Shown one piece after another: positions 23,628 to 35,356 of a DNA stretch of 64,000 nucleotides. Position 1 is the stretch's first letter; each line of letters starts with the position of its first letter. A program made the position numbers and the translations under genes. The stretch is taken from positions 1,920,001-1,984,000 of the forward strand of contig OZ219791.1 in the NCBI GenBank assembly GCA_964291215.2, read 5' to 3'. The notes beneath the pieces were generated by a model. That model was not told the DNA's origin, searched no databases, and was given only the letters and a program-made list of their open reading frames with translations. Origin of the DNA: Alphaproteobacteria bacterium. GTDB taxonomy: Bacteria; Pseudomonadota; Alphaproteobacteria; MPNO01; UBA830.

Positions 23628-24573
23628 TCAGTTCCCCATTTCGAACAGGCGCCGCGCATTGCTGCCGAGAACGATCCCGGTTTCGGCTGCCGTGAGCCCG
23701 GCCTCGCGTACATCCGCGACGCTCGCCGCGCGGTCGCGCGGCACCGGCGGGTAATCGGTCCCGAGCAGCACCTGTTCGGCGCCCATCGTGGCGACGGTGC
23801 AGGCGATGGCCGGTGGATGGAAAGTCTGTGTGTCGACGTGGATGCTGCGCAGCTGATCGAGGAACGACCCCTCGATATTGTCCAGCTCCCAGGCGGGTAC
23901 GCCCGGGCCCGGCTTGCGCGAGTGGCGCACCTCCCAGCCCTGCTGGATCCGGCCGGCATAGAGCGTGATCGCCCCGCCGAGGCGGCCGAGCAGGAGCTTG
24001 AGTTCCGGAAGGCTCTCCATGAAGCCACTGAAGGCGAGCCGGGCGGCGAGGATCGTCATGTCGTTCGGCCTGCCGATGAGCTCGACCAGGCGGAAATCCG
24101 GCATGTGTTTGGCGGCGAGGCAGCTGTCGCTGCTGTGGACGAACACGACCGCGCCGAGCTCATGGCAGAGTTCGAAGAACGGTTTCGCGACCGCGGAATC
24201 GAGAAACTCTCCTCCTGCCGTCGGCGAGACGATGATTCCTTTGAGGCCGAACTCGCGGACGGCGCACTCCATGGTGCATTGCATCGCCGCCCGCCGGATC
24301 GGCGAGGCCAAGCGCGACGAAGCTGTCCGGGTGGTGCTGCACCAGCCCGGCGGCGAACTCGTTGTAGCGAAGCGCGATGTCGGCGGTGTCGATGTCGGGC
24401 TTCCCGACCGCCACGTCCATCATTCGCGGACCGAAGATAACGCTTCGGTCGATGCCGGACCGCTCCTGCTTCTCGACCAGGGCCTCGGGGTCGAGCATGT
24501 TGGGCGGAAGCCCGACGCCGACGCGCTCGCACAGTGCTCGGTCGTTGAGGTGGCTGTGCACGTCGACGATCAT
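23628..24573 (-). pseudogene. Amidohydrolase_2 family protein (ACMSD-like decarboxylase/hydratase), frameshifted near 24280
   Basis: MIVDVHSH in one frame; AVREFGLKG, VFVHS and LLGTDYP in another. Confidence 0.8.
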
Positions 24574-24643
24574 CGCGCCAGACCCCTCCATTGCCGGCTT
24601 CGTCCGGCGACGGGCATCGCCTGCCGCCGGACCCCGAAGGCAG

Positions 24644-25645
24644 TTACATGCCGGCCTGCTTCTTGGCGTCGGCGACCAGCGACGTGTCGGCGTATTTCGG
24701 CACGTCGAACCTGCCCGGAGTAACTCCGAGCCTGTGCAGGTCGTCGACGTTCTTCTGCAGCCGCTCGGGGCTGAAGCTCGCGTCGCGGGTGCGGCCGTAA
24801 TCGCGGTCGGTGAACACCCAGGAGGCGTAGTTCTTCGCCGGCCGGCGCATGATCTTGCCGAGAATCTCGGCCGCTGCCTGACGGTTTGCGGGATCGTAGG
24901 CCCATTGCCGCATGCGGATGTGATCGGCGAGGAAGTCGACCAGCGCTGCGCGGTTCTTAGCGACGTAGTCGCGCTTGGCAATCCACATCACGGTTTCCTG
25001 CTCGCCCATGGAATCACGCATCGTGAACAGCTGCTTGTAGTTGCCGTCACGTTCGGCCATGAAATTGAACGGCAGCACTAGGAAACCCATGTCGATGCGC
25101 TTGGTCTGCAGCGAAGACAGCATCGCGCCAAACCGGACTTCGACGAACTGGTAGTTCTTGCCCGGCTGCAGGCCGTGGTCGAGGAGCATCTTCTTGGCCG
25201 AGGCGTGGACGCCACTGCCCAGCGCGTTGACCGCGATTCGCTTGCCCTCGAGATCCTTGACGCCGTTGATGCCGGAATCCTTGCGCACCCAGAACCCATT
25301 AGACGGATCCATGCCGGCGTCGCGCAGCAGCGAAGCGATGGCAACGATGTCCTGCTTGCCGTTGATGATGCCGAGCGCATAGGCTTGGTTGTTGACCGCG
25401 CCGATGTCGACCTCACCGGCCGCGAGCGCCGTGAGCGCGGGACCGCTGCCGCGCATGCGGATGGTCTTCACGGTGTAGGTCTTGCCGTAATTCTTGTAGA
25501 TCGACTTGGGCACTTCGTTGATCATCGGCGTGATGTGCGCCGGTGCCACCGACCAGTTGATGCGAATCTTGGTCGGTTCGGCGAACGCCGCGGACGCAAG
25601 ACCCGCCACCATCGCCAAGCCCAGGAGTGCACGCGTTACGACCAT
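24644..25645 (-). CDS. ABC transporter substrate-binding protein (NMT1/SsuA-like)
   Basis: Signal peptide ending AAFA; ALAAGEVDIG, DLEGKRIAVNALGS. Confidence 0.9.
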   Translation of the reverse strand: MVVTRALLGLAMVAGLASAAFAEPTKIRINWSVAPAHITPMINEVPKSIYKNYGKTYTVKTIRMRGSGPALTALAAGEVDIGAVNNQAYALGIINGKQDIVAIASLLRDAGMDPSNGFWVRKDSGINGVKDLEGKRIAVNALGSGVHASAKKMLLDHGLQPGKNYQFVEVRFGAMLSSLQTKRIDMGFLVLPFNFMAERDGNYKQLFTMRDSMGEQETVMWIAKRDYVAKNRAALVDFLADHIRMRQWAYDPANRQAAAEILGKIMRRPAKNYASWVFTDRDYGRTRDASFSPERLQKNVDDLHRLGVTPGRFDVPKYADTSLVADAKKQAGM

Positions 25646-25727
25646 CTGATTCTCCCCTTTGGCTGAATTCCCGGTAGTCCCACCATAAGGACGATATCAC
25701 CGTTCGAACCGAGCTGGCAAACAACGC

Positions 25728-25910
25728 CAGGACCATTCTGTTGTCGCGATCGGCAGCGGACAACCGTGTCAGAGTGGCCGTTCTTGAAGTTGGTGGCACC
25801 GTCTCAAGGTCGGAACCGACATATCGACAACGAAATCCGCTCCCGAATGGACCTCCTGATCTGCCTACAACGCCCCTCGTCGGACGAAACCGGACAAAAG
25901 AAGAGCCCTG
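25728..25910. mobile_element. 183-bp MITE copy 1
   Basis: Ends CAGGACCATT...AGAGCCCTG; perfect 10-bp duplication CAAACAACGC (25718-25727, 25911-25920); inverted copy at 30226-30409. Confidence 0.88.
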
Positions 25911-26183
25911 CAAACAACGCGCCGGGCAGGGACTGGCCCGATCCGTCGGCCGGGTTTTCCCCGTCGGCGCTCTCCGCCACGTCATGGCCGACCCGTTTCG
26001 ACCAGCCGCGGAGCCCGCGGTCCGGTGGCGACCGGTGAAGCAAGATGCCCGCAACACATCCGGACTCGTTCCGGGTTGGTCGTGGGACGTGATGCGGCAC
26101 GGCATCGCAATGCAACGAACTCGGGAAACCGGGCGGGCTGTTGGTATCGACAGGGAACTCCTGCGCACCCGCCCGGAATCGGG

Positions 26184-28499
26184 TTACCTGCCGTCCTTCT
26201 CCGCTAGGGCGGCAAGTACGCGCTCGGGCGTGAGCGGCAGTTCGGTGATCCGTACGCCGACGGCATCGTGGATCGCGTTGGCGATTGCGCTGGCGACCGG
26301 CAGCATGCCGCCTTCGCCCATGCCCTTGGCGCCGAACGGGCCGGGTCCATGGCCCTGTTCCTGGGTGACCGAGCGGAAATCCTCCGGAAGATCGTCGGCG
26401 AGCGGCACCCGGTAGGTCAGCGCGTCGCCGTTCACCAGACGCGAGCCGTCATAGATCATGCGCTCGAACAGAGCCTGGGACAGTCCCATCAGGGCCGCGC
26501 CCTCGTCCTGGCCGCGGCAGACCAGCGGATGGATCGCGCGGCCGGCATCCCCGGTGACGAACAGTTTCTCGACTGTGACCTGGCCGGTCTCGGTATCGAC
26601 CGCGACCTGGGCGCCGCCCCAGCCGATCTCCCAGAACACGCAGGGCGCCTCAAGCGGCGCGGCGTGGCTGTTCTCGGCCTTGTGGAAGCCCTCGCCGACG
26701 AATTCCCAGCCGGTGCCGCCGAAACGGCCCATGATCATCGGCGCCAGCGGATGGGCCTCGTTGCCCCGGCGGATTTCCCAGTCCGTCAGCTTGAGCTCCT
26801 CGGCCGGACAGTCCAGCGCATCCGCGGAAAATTCAAGGATTTGCCGGCGCGCCGCCAAGGCCGCCCGGTCTACCGCCTGGCCCATCACGGAGATGGCCGA
26901 GCTGGCGTTGGTGCCCTGATCGAAGGGCGAGTGATCCGTATCGACCGGCATGTAGCGCACCCGCGAGCGGTCCGTGCCGAGCCGCTCGGCGACCACGGCG
27001 GCAAGCGCCGTGTGCGCGCCCTGGCCGATCTCGACGGTGCCGCATTGCAGGAAGATGTCGCCCCCGGTCGAGACCTTGACCCGGGCGAGCGCCGGCTTGT
27101 TGACCCCGCCGCCGTCCTTGAAGCCGATGGAAAGGCCCATGCCGCGCCTGACTGGACCTTCATTCTCCGGCTGGTTTCGGTCGCGGTAGCCGAGTTCGTG
27201 CACCACCAGGTCGAGGCCCTCGCGCAGGTCGCTGTCGATCCCGCTTTCGCCGGGCACGAAGGGCTCGCCCAGGCCGATCAGGTTGCGGCGGCGCATCTCG
27301 CAGGGGTCGATGCCGAGCCGGTGTGCGATCATGTCGATCTGGGACTCGCTTGCCCAGCTGGTCTGAGTGCCGCCGAAGCCGCGGAACGGCCCGGCTGGCG
27401 CCGTGTTGGTCATCACGCAATAGCAGTCGGTCTTGATCCGCTTGTACCGGTACGGTCCCGGAATGCGGTAGCCGGCCTTCTCGGCAACCAGCGGGCTGCC
27501 ATCGGAATAGGCCCCGGAATCGAGGAGGATCTCGCTTTCCCGCGCGACCAGCGTGCCATTCGCCATGACGCCGGTCTTCAACTTGAGGATCGCGGCGTGC
27601 TGGGTGTTGGTGAGAAAACCCTCTTCCAGGGTCAGGCAGAAGCGCACCGGTCGGCCGGCCAGCCGCGAGAGGGCGAGCGCGACCGGTTCGGTCTTGCAGC
27701 CGTTCTTGCTGCCGAAGCCGCCGCCGATATAGGGCACCCGCACCGCGATCTGGTTCTCGCCCAGGCCGAAGATGCGGGCGATTTCCTTGCGCAGGCCGAA
27801 CGGGTTCTGGCAGCTTGTCCATAGCTCGATCCGGTTCTCGCGCGACCAGTCGGCGACGGAGACGAACGGCTCCAGGTGGAAATGATGCATCCGCGAGAAA
27901 CGGAACACATCCTCGAAGACATGGTCGCAATCCGCGAAGGCGTCGGCCGGGCCGGTCTCGTAGGAGAAGCGGTAGCAGACGTTCCGGCGCGGGCGCAGCT
28001 CACCCGAAGCGCCCTCGCCGTATTTGGGCACGATGCCGACCGGCGCTTCCTCGAAAAGTTCCGGTGCGTCCGGATCCGAAGCGCGTTCGAGATCGCCGAC
28101 AACGGGCAGCGGCTCGTAGTCGACGCGAATCGCGGCAAGCGCCCGGTTGGCCGTACCCTCGTCCTTGGCGGCGATGGCGGCGACGATATCGCCCTCGTAG
28201 CGCACCTTGTCGGTTGCGACGATCGGTTGGTCCTTGATGAAATAGCCGTAGGCCGGCATCCGGATTGCAGCGGTCTCGTCCCGGGTCAGCACCGCATGGA
28301 CCCCCGGCATGGCGTGCGCTGCCGAGGCGTCGATCGACCGGATCCGGGCATGGCCGTGCGGGCTGCGCAGCACCTTGGCGTGCAGCATGTCCGGGAGGTC
28401 TATATCGACCGTATAAACCGCGCGGCCCCCGACCTTCTCGGCGGCGTCGATGCGCCTGTCCGACCGGCCGATGGTGCGCAGCGGCGCCAGATCGGTCAT
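26184..28499 (-). CDS. Xanthine dehydrogenase family molybdopterin-binding subunit
   Basis: VLRSPHGHARI, IGGGFGSK, PFRGFG, EIGQG, GAKGMGEGG. Confidence 0.93.
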   Translation of the reverse strand: MTDLAPLRTIGRSDRRIDAAEKVGGRAVYTVDIDLPDMLHAKVLRSPHGHARIRSIDASAAHAMPGVHAVLTRDETAAIRMPAYGYFIKDQPIVATDKVRYEGDIVAAIAAKDEGTANRALAAIRVDYEPLPVVGDLERASDPDAPELFEEAPVGIVPKYGEGASGELRPRRNVCYRFSYETGPADAFADCDHVFEDVFRFSRMHHFHLEPFVSVADWSRENRIELWTSCQNPFGLRKEIARIFGLGENQIAVRVPYIGGGFGSKNGCKTEPVALALSRLAGRPVRFCLTLEEGFLTNTQHAAILKLKTGVMANGTLVARESEILLDSGAYSDGSPLVAEKAGYRIPGPYRYKRIKTDCYCVMTNTAPAGPFRGFGGTQTSWASESQIDMIAHRLGIDPCEMRRRNLIGLGEPFVPGESGIDSDLREGLDLVVHELGYRDRNQPENEGPVRRGMGLSIGFKDGGGVNKPALARVKVSTGGDIFLQCGTVEIGQGAHTALAAVVAERLGTDRSRVRYMPVDTDHSPFDQGTNASSAISVMGQAVDRAALAARRQILEFSADALDCPAEELKLTDWEIRRGNEAHPLAPMIMGRFGGTGWEFVGEGFHKAENSHAAPLEAPCVFWEIGWGGAQVAVDTETGQVTVEKLFVTGDAGRAIHPLVCRGQDEGAALMGLSQALFERMIYDGSRLVNGDALTYRVPLADDLPEDFRSVTQEQGHGPGPFGAKGMGEGGMLPVASAIANAIHDAVGVRITELPLTPERVLAALAEKDGR

Positions 28500-28993
28500 T
28501 CCGCGGCCTCCCGCTTGCGCCGGGCGGCGTCGCGCACCGCCTCCAGGATCAGGGCGTAACCGGTGCAGCGACAGATGTTGGAGCTGATCCAGTCGCGGAT
28601 CATCGCGTCGTCCGGATTCGGGTTGCGGGCGAGTAGGCCCTCGGTCAGGAGGATCATGCCGGCGGTGCAGAAACCGCACTGAAAGGCCGAATTGTCGGCG
28701 AAGGCGGCCTGGACCGAGCTCGGCCCTCCGCCGGTCCCCAGCCCCTCGACCGTGCGCACGTCGCTGTCCGCGACCTCGAAGGCGAAGACCGAACAACTCG
28801 CGCGCGGCACATCGTCGATCAGCACGGTGCAGGCGCCGCATACGGCGCGCTCGCAAGCTAGCTTGGTGCCGCGGCCGTCGCGCCGTTTGCGCAGCAGATC
28901 GGCCAGGGTCGTCGCCGTGGTCGTCGCCATGCCGACCGGCGTGCCGTTCAGCGTGAAGGTGAGATCGAAGCGGGGATCGAGGCGTTCAGCCAC
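28496..28993 (-). CDS. Xanthine dehydrogenase family (2Fe-2S) subunit
   Basis: [27 protein letters not shown]. Confidence 0.95.
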   Translation of the reverse strand: MAERLDPRFDLTFTLNGTPVGMATTTATTLADLLRKRRDGRGTKLACERAVCGACTVLIDDVPRASCSVFAFEVADSDVRTVEGLGTGGGPSSVQAAFADNSAFQCGFCTAGMILLTEGLLARNPNPDDAMIRDWISSNICRCTGYALILEAVRDAARRKREAAE

Positions 28994-29831
28994 GGGTCGC
29001 GTCCTGACGCACCAGCTGCCGGGCGAGGACCGCCGCCCCGGCCTGGCGGAGCCACCCGTTGCCGCTTACCGGGTCGGCGAATTCGCCCGGCAGCGCTTCG
29101 AACGCCGCCGCCGCGATGGCCCTAGCATCGGTTCCGCGAAGGTCGAGGCGCAGAGAGGCGGGGCAAAGATACTCGGTGGCGATCGCGGCGCGGCCCTGCG
29201 CCTTTCCGCCATTGTCCGTCCACAGGGCGAGCGCCAGGGTCATGAGCGGCCTGAGCGAGCGGTCGTAATCGAGCCGCAGATCGGTCGCGAGCGGTATCGA
29301 CAGGCGGGTCAGCAGTGCGCGCGCCGGCTCTGCGCGATCCCATATTTCTGCGGGGGTCAGCTCGGTTTCGCTGGCAGCCGAGGCGAATCGGGCCGTACCG
29401 CCGAGCGCGGTAAGCAGGATCGACATCTCGTAGCGGGTGTGGCGCGCCATCAGATTGCCGCCAGCCGTGCCACTGAGGCGGATGCGCATCTTCCCCAGTT
29501 TGGACCAAGCCTCGGCCAGTCCGGGTATCGCCGCCGCCGCGTCCGATGCCGCGCCCTCAGCGTGAGTGGTCAGCGCGCCGACGGAAAGCGCGCCGCCATC
29601 GATCCGCGTCCCTCGCAGTTCCTCAAGCCGCTTCAGCCAGACCAGCGTACCGATCGGCTTGCCTTCGCGCACCGCGCCGCACAGATCGGTTCCGCCGGCA
29701 TAGGGTACCGGCGCCTCGGCGTCGGCCATCGTCGCGACCGCCTCTTCGACGGTTGTCGGCACGATCACCGGAAAGGGAGGAATATCCCGGTAGGAGGCGG
29801 CGATCAGCCCGGCTTGGGCGACTTCATACAT
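28986..29831 (-). CDS. Xanthine dehydrogenase family FAD-binding subunit
   Basis: PYAGGTDL, VGALTTH, GTAGGNL; coupled to the Fe-S subunit gene. Confidence 0.88.
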   Translation of the reverse strand: MYEVAQAGLIAASYRDIPPFPVIVPTTVEEAVATMADAEAPVPYAGGTDLCGAVREGKPIGTLVWLKRLEELRGTRIDGGALSVGALTTHAEGAASDAAAAIPGLAEAWSKLGKMRIRLSGTAGGNLMARHTRYEMSILLTALGGTARFASAASETELTPAEIWDRAEPARALLTRLSIPLATDLRLDYDRSLRPLMTLALALWTDNGGKAQGRAAIATEYLCPASLRLDLRGTDARAIAAAAFEALPGEFADPVSGNGWLRQAGAAVLARQLVRQDATRG

Positions 29832-30225
29832 GCGCGTGGCGATCCTTGGGAATTCAGGACTCCGGGTAGCGTCGGCGATGCTATCCGCTTATCCGCGGCC
29901 TGTCACCCGGGACATGGACCGACGACCGCTTCTGATGGTCTCACTCGCGCTGCTCGCGCCGCGTCCGCTGCCGGCGCTGAACATGGATAGGCCTGCGCGG
30001 CCCCTTCAGATACTGTTGGGCGCGCTCCCTACCAGAGTAATCCCACGCCTCTCCCCTTCCTGCGATTGCTGTGCTCGCTGAGTTGTGTCAGATACTCTCT
30101 GCAAATCCGGTCGTGACATGGGGATCCGATGTTGCGGTTGTCGTTCCGTCGAGCCCGGCGGATCGCAGTTCCATGATTGCCCGTGAGAAGGGTGACCGCA
30201 GCGGAACGCGGATGGCTGTCGGGGA

Positions 30226-30409
30226 CAGGGCTCTCCTTTTGTCCGGTTTCGTCCGACGAGGGGGCGTTGTAGGCAGATCTGGAGGTCCATTCGGGAGCGG
30301 ATTTCGTTGTCGATATGCCGGTTCCGACCTTGAGACGGTGCCACCAACTTCAAGAACGGCCACTCTGACACGGTTGTCCGCCGCCGATCGCGACAACAGA
30401 ATGGTCCTG
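30226..30409. mobile_element. 184-bp MITE copy 2 (inverted relative to copy 1)
   Basis: Reverse complement of 25728-25910 with a few changes; own 10-bp duplication CTGTCGGGGA (30216-30225, 30410-30419). Confidence 0.88.
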
Positions 30410-30506
30410 CTGTCGGGGACGGCTTGACCCCGGGACTCGATAAGCTACAGTAATTGCAAATCGGTAGGTTTCCGCCCGATTGGCGGAAATGCGGCCGCGC
30501 AGAAGA

Positions 30507-30693
30507 ACCCTGCGGGAGAGGCGGACCAGACACCGCCGCCGACGGAGCAACCGCCCCGGAAACTCTCAGGCAAACGGACCGCAGGGGGATGCGACTCTGG
30601 AGAGCAGTTACCGGCGATGCCGGCGGCTCACCGAAGGAGTAAGCCTGGCCGTGGCCGGGTGAATCTCTCAGGTTTCCCGACAGAGGGGGCGCA
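30507..30693 (+). ncRNA. Tandem glycine riboswitch
   Basis: Two aptamers: GGGAGAG..CCGACGGAGCAA..AAACTCTCAGGCAAA and CTCTGGAGAG..CACCGAAGGAGTAA..AATCTCTCAGG..GACAGAG, directly upstream of gcvT. Confidence 0.95.
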
Positions 30694-30751
30694 CGGGTCT
30701 TGTCGGTCCTGAAAACCGGCAGACCGTCCACTTGTGGAGGACGTGCGTGCC

Positions 30752-31867
30752 ATGACCGAAGACCTGCAGGACAATCCGAAACGAACGAGTCTGTACGACC
30801 TGCATGCCGCATGCGGCGCGCAGATCGTGACCTTTGCCGGATACGAGATGCCGGTGCGCTATCCGGCGGGCGTCCTCGCGGAACACCTCCATACACGGGC
30901 GAAAGCGTCCCTGTTCGACGTCTCCCACATGGGCCAGGTCGCACTCCGTGGCGCCGACGCCGCGGCCGCGCTGGAGACGCTGGTGCCGGCCGACATCCGC
31001 GGACTCGAACCCGGACGCATGAGATATTCGACCCTGACCAACGAGGCTGGCGGCATCGTCGATGACCTGATGATCACCAATGTTGGCGACTACCTGTTCC
31101 TCGTCGTCAACGCGTCGCGCAAGCAGGAGGACATCGCGCTCCTGCGTTCGGCGCTGCCGGACGCGATCGCTGTTGACGAGCTCGCCGACCGGTCCCTTGT
31201 CGCCTTGCAGGGTCCCTCGGCATCCGCGGTCATGGCCCGCTTCGCGCCAGGCGCCGAGACAATGCCGTTCATGACCGCACGACCGTTCGATATCGACGGC
31301 AGCCGACTCGCCGTTATGAGATCCGGATATACCGGAGAAGACGGCTACGAGATCTCGATCCCGTCGGCTGATGTCGTCCGCACCGCCGAGCTCCTTCTCG
31401 CCGAGGACGCAGTCGAGCCCGCCGGTCTCGGTGCCCGGGATTCCCTGCGCCTTGAAGCCGGCCTCTGCCTTTACGGACACGACATCGACGAGACGACCAC
31501 ACCTGTCGAAGCCGCCCTGTCCTGGACGATACCGCTGCGTCGGCGCGAACAGGGTGGCTTTCCCGGCGCCGATGTCATTCTCCGCCAAATTGAGGAGGGC
31601 GCGCCGCGTCGCCGCGTCGGTCTCGTTCCTGACGGCAGGGCGCCGGCCCGGAAGGATACGGAAATCGTTGACGACGACGGACGGCCCCTCGGCATCGTCA
31701 CGTCGGGCGGCTTCGGTCCTTCCGTCGGCGGCCCGATCGCGATGGGCTATGTCGAGAGGCCCTTCGCGAAAAAGGACACGCCAGTCCGGCTTCTGGTGCG
31801 CGGCACGCCGCACGCTGCTCGGGTACGGTCCATGCCGTTCGTGCCGCAAAATTATTTTCGGGTTTAG
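30752..31867 (+). CDS. gcvT: Glycine cleavage system aminomethyltransferase T
   Basis: LFDVSHMGQ, RSGYTGEDGYEI, GLGARDSLRLEAGLCLYG. Confidence 0.97.
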   Translation: MTEDLQDNPKRTSLYDLHAACGAQIVTFAGYEMPVRYPAGVLAEHLHTRAKASLFDVSHMGQVALRGADAAAALETLVPADIRGLEPGRMRYSTLTNEAGGIVDDLMITNVGDYLFLVVNASRKQEDIALLRSALPDAIAVDELADRSLVALQGPSASAVMARFAPGAETMPFMTARPFDIDGSRLAVMRSGYTGEDGYEISIPSADVVRTAELLLAEDAVEPAGLGARDSLRLEAGLCLYGHDIDETTTPVEAALSWTIPLRRREQGGFPGADVILRQIEEGAPRRRVGLVPDGRAPARKDTEIVDDDGRPLGIVTSGGFGPSVGGPIAMGYVERPFAKKDTPVRLLVRGTPHAARVRSMPFVPQNYFRV

Positions 31868-31879
31868 GAGGACAGCGAG

Positions 31880-32257
31880 ATGAGCGATCTCAGATATTCC
31901 AGGGAACATGAGTGGGTCCGGCTTGAGGACGACATCGCCACGGTCGGAATCAGCGACTACGCCCAGGAGCAGCTTGGCGATGTCGTGTTTGTCGAGCTCC
32001 CTGAAATCGGCACCGAGGTGGCGCAGGGCGATGAAGCGGCCGTCGTCGAATCGGTCAAGGCGGCAAGCGAGATCTATGCGCCGGTGTCGGGTGAGGTCAT
32101 GGAAATCAACGATGTTCTCGAGAACAGTCCGGAGACGGTCAACGAGTCCCCGACGATCGACGGGTGGTTCGTCAGAATCCGCGTGGCCGACCCGTCGGAA
32201 TTGGAGGAGTTCATGGACCAGGCGTCGTATGATGCCTATGTCGGAAGCATCAGCTGA
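31880..32257 (+). CDS. gcvH: Glycine cleavage system H protein
   Basis: [32 protein letters not shown] (lipoyl lysine). Confidence 0.97.
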   Translation: MSDLRYSREHEWVRLEDDIATVGISDYAQEQLGDVVFVELPEIGTEVAQGDEAAVVESVKAASEIYAPVSGEVMEINDVLENSPETVNESPTIDGWFVRIRVADPSELEEFMDQASYDAYVGSIS

Positions 32258-33600
32258 TGCGCTACCTGCCCCTTACCGAAGCCGATCGCCAAGACATGCT
32301 GGCGGTCACGGGCGCGGCCTCGATCGACGACCTGTTCAGCGACGTGCCCGAAGAAGTGCGCCTTGACGGCATTTCCGGTCTGCCGCCGCATCAGGGAGAA
32401 ATCGAGGTCGAGCGCGACCTCACGGCAATGGCCGGCGAGAATCTCAGCGCTGGCGAGGCGCCGTTCTTCCTCGGCGCCGGCGCCTACCGGCATCACGTGC
32501 CCGCCGCTGTCGACCACCTGATCCAGCGCGGCGAGTTCCTAACGTCCTACACCTCTTACCAGCCGGAGATCGCCCAAGGCACCCTGCAGCATCTGTTCGA
32601 GTTCCAGACCCAGGTGGCGCTGGTCACGGGAATGGATGTCGCGAATGCCTCGATGTATGACGGCGCAACGGCCTGCGCCGAGGCTGCCGTAATGGCGAGG
32701 CGGCTTACCCGGCGGTCGAGGGTTGTTCTCTCCGGCGGCCTGCATCCGCACTATGCGGAGACCACCGAGACCCTGCTGCGTTTCATGGACGGCGAAACCG
32801 ACAGGATGGCCCCCGATGTGGCCGGAACGGAAGATGCCGCGGCCGCCCTCGATGACCAGACCGCGTGCGTCATCGTGCAATATCCCGATCTCTTCGGGCG
32901 CGTACGCGATCTCGAGCCCTTGGCCGCAGCCTGCCATGCCCGCGGCGCGCTGCTTGTGGCCGTGGTCACCGAGTTCCTTTCGCTTGGCGCGCTCCGGTCG
33001 CCTGGGAGCATGGGAGCGGACATCGTGGCCGCGGAAGGAAGTTCCCTGGGCAACGCGCTGAATTTCGGAGGGCCTTATCTCGGCCTGTTTGCAACGCGCA
33101 CGAAGTTCGTGCGCCAGATGCCCGGAAGGCTGGTCGGTGAGACCGTCGACGCCGACGGCCGCCGGGGCTGGGTACTAACTCTGTCGACGCGAGAGCAGCA
33201 TATCCGGCGCGAGAAGGCGACGAGCAATATCTGCACCAATTCCGGCCTGTGTGCGCTGGCCTTCACCATCCACCTGTCGCTGCTCGGAGAAAGGGGGTTC
33301 CGCGACTTGGCGCTCCTCAATCACGCCAGGACCGTGCGGCTGGCAGAACTGCTCGCCGACGTGCCGGGAGTGGAACTGCTCGGCGAGACATTTTTCAATG
33401 AGCTGTGCGTGCGGCTGCCGGGCAATGCTGCGGACATTGTCGGCCGCCTGGCCGGGCGCGGCATCCTCGGGGGTGTTCCGCTGTCGCGCCTCCTTCCCGG
33501 TTTCGCCGGTGGTAAGGATCTGCTGCTGGTTGCGGTCACCGAAACCGCGACCGACGACGACATGGCGCGCCTCTGCCAAGGCCTGAGGGAGGTCCAGTGA
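32257..33600 (+). CDS. gcvPA: Glycine dehydrogenase subunit 1
   Basis: [31 protein letters not shown]. Confidence 0.97.
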   Translation: MRYLPLTEADRQDMLAVTGAASIDDLFSDVPEEVRLDGISGLPPHQGEIEVERDLTAMAGENLSAGEAPFFLGAGAYRHHVPAAVDHLIQRGEFLTSYTSYQPEIAQGTLQHLFEFQTQVALVTGMDVANASMYDGATACAEAAVMARRLTRRSRVVLSGGLHPHYAETTETLLRFMDGETDRMAPDVAGTEDAAAALDDQTACVIVQYPDLFGRVRDLEPLAAACHARGALLVAVVTEFLSLGALRSPGSMGADIVAAEGSSLGNALNFGGPYLGLFATRTKFVRQMPGRLVGETVDADGRRGWVLTLSTREQHIRREKATSNICTNSGLCALAFTIHLSLLGERGFRDLALLNHARTVRLAELLADVPGVELLGETFFNELCVRLPGNAADIVGRLAGRGILGGVPLSRLLPGFAGGKDLLLVAVTETATDDDMARLCQGLREVQ

Positions 33601-35141
33601 TGGACTGTTCACAGGGACGGAGAACGCGTGACCGCGCCGCCGCCGCGCCGCCGCATGCGGCCGCTGCAGATAACCGGGCACTCGACATCGAGGAGTCCCT
33701 GATCTTCGAACAGGGCGCCGAAGACCGCTGCGGCGTCGACCTGCCGCCGCCGCCCGATGTCACGCCGCGGCTTGGCGGACTCGCGCGCAGCGAGCCCATC
33801 GGGCTTCCAGGCCTTTCCGAGCCTCAGGTGGTGCGCCATTACACGCGCCTGAGCCAGAAGAACTATGCCATCGATCTCGGCCTCTACCCGCTGGGATCCT
33901 GCACCATGAAGCACAATCCGAGGCTCAACGAGAAGCTCGCGCGGCTGCCCGGTTTCGCCGACATCCATCCGCTGCAGCCCGAGGCGACGGTCCAGGGCGC
34001 GCTGCGCCTGATCGATCTGCTGGCGCACTGGCTCAAGGTCCTTACCGGTATGCCCATGGTGGCAATGTCTCCGGCGGCCGGCGCGCACGGCGAGTTGTGC
34101 GGCCTGATGACCGTCCGCGCGGCGCTCGAAGGGCGAGGCGATCCCCGCAAGCGGGTGCTCGTCCCGGATTCCGCGCACGGAACCAATCCGGCGACGGCTG
34201 CGATCTGCGGATACGATGTCGAGGCGGTTTCGCTCAACAACCGCGGACGGGTCGACCTTGCTGCGCTCCGTTCCGGCCTCGACGGGGATGTCGCGGCCTT
34301 CATGCTGACCAATCCGAACACCTGCGGCCTGTTCGAGGACGAGATCCTCGAACAGGCCGCGGCGGTGCACGAGGCCGGCGCGTACTTCTATTGCGACGGC
34401 GCGAATTTCAACGCGATTCTCGGACGCGTGCGCCCTGGAGACCTCGGCGTCGACTGCATGCACATCAACCTCCACAAGACCTTCTCGACGCCGCATGGCG
34501 GCGGCGGCCCCGGGAGCGGGCCGGTCGTGCTCTCGGAAGCGCTCGCACCCTATGCGCCGCGTCCGTGGGTGGTCTACGGCGAGGACGGTTTCTGCCTCGT
34601 GGAACATGACGATGACACGGCTCCGGATGAAAACCCCTACGGGCGCATGAGGGCGTTTCATGGCCAGATGGGAATGTTCGTCAGGGCCCTGTCCTACATG
34701 ATGAGCCATGGCGCCGACGGCCTGCGGCAGGTTGCGGACGATGCCGTGCTGAATGCGAACTACTTGCTGGCGCGGCTTTCCGGACCACTGAGTCTGGCCT
34801 TCGAGGGGCCCTGCATGCATGAGGTACTGTTCGATGACAGTTTTCTCGACGGAACCGGGGTCACGACGCTGGATTTCGCGAAGGCGATGATCGACCGGGG
34901 TTTCCATCCCATGACGATGTATTTTCCGCTGGTCGTCCACGGCGCGCTCCTGATCGAGCCGACCGAAACCGAGAGCCGGGACAGTCTCGATCAATTCGTC
35001 GACGTGGTCACCGACCTTGCCGGCAAGGCGCGGGCCGGGGACGCTCCGGCCTTCCATGACGCGCCGATCCATGCGCCCAGGCGCAGGCTGGACGAGACGG
35101 TCGCCGCCCGGAAACCGGTCCTCCGCTGGACCGCCGGGTGA
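33597..35141 (+). CDS. gcvPB: Glycine dehydrogenase subunit 2
   Basis: [29 protein letters not shown]. Confidence 0.97.
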   Translation: MMDCSQGRRTRDRAAAAPPHAAAADNRALDIEESLIFEQGAEDRCGVDLPPPPDVTPRLGGLARSEPIGLPGLSEPQVVRHYTRLSQKNYAIDLGLYPLGSCTMKHNPRLNEKLARLPGFADIHPLQPEATVQGALRLIDLLAHWLKVLTGMPMVAMSPAAGAHGELCGLMTVRAALEGRGDPRKRVLVPDSAHGTNPATAAICGYDVEAVSLNNRGRVDLAALRSGLDGDVAAFMLTNPNTCGLFEDEILEQAAAVHEAGAYFYCDGANFNAILGRVRPGDLGVDCMHINLHKTFSTPHGGGGPGSGPVVLSEALAPYAPRPWVVYGEDGFCLVEHDDDTAPDENPYGRMRAFHGQMGMFVRALSYMMSHGADGLRQVADDAVLNANYLLARLSGPLSLAFEGPCMHEVLFDDSFLDGTGVTTLDFAKAMIDRGFHPMTMYFPLVVHGALLIEPTETESRDSLDQFVDVVTDLAGKARAGDAPAFHDAPIHAPRRRLDETVAARKPVLRWTAG

Positions 35142-35356
35142 TCCGGTCGCGCACTCAATTCGGCGGTGCGGGAATCACGTCGAAACGAGACCGGGCAAGG
35201 GGCAGAACTGCAGCTGCTCGAGCATGATGACGGCACGGTTACAAACGAAACCGACGCGCTTTGGCGACCCTTCGTATTGGTCACTGCGGATCGCGTGATT
35301 GAGTGTTTGCGGGAACTGAACCGCGCCGGCCAGACGCCGAATCCCAAGTTGGCACT

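Noticed and set aside
25728-30409. Inverted repeats as the ends of a transposon carrying the Mo-hydroxylase operon
   Set aside because: Each repeat has its own distinct 10-bp duplication on both sides, so they are independent insertions with no current inversion.
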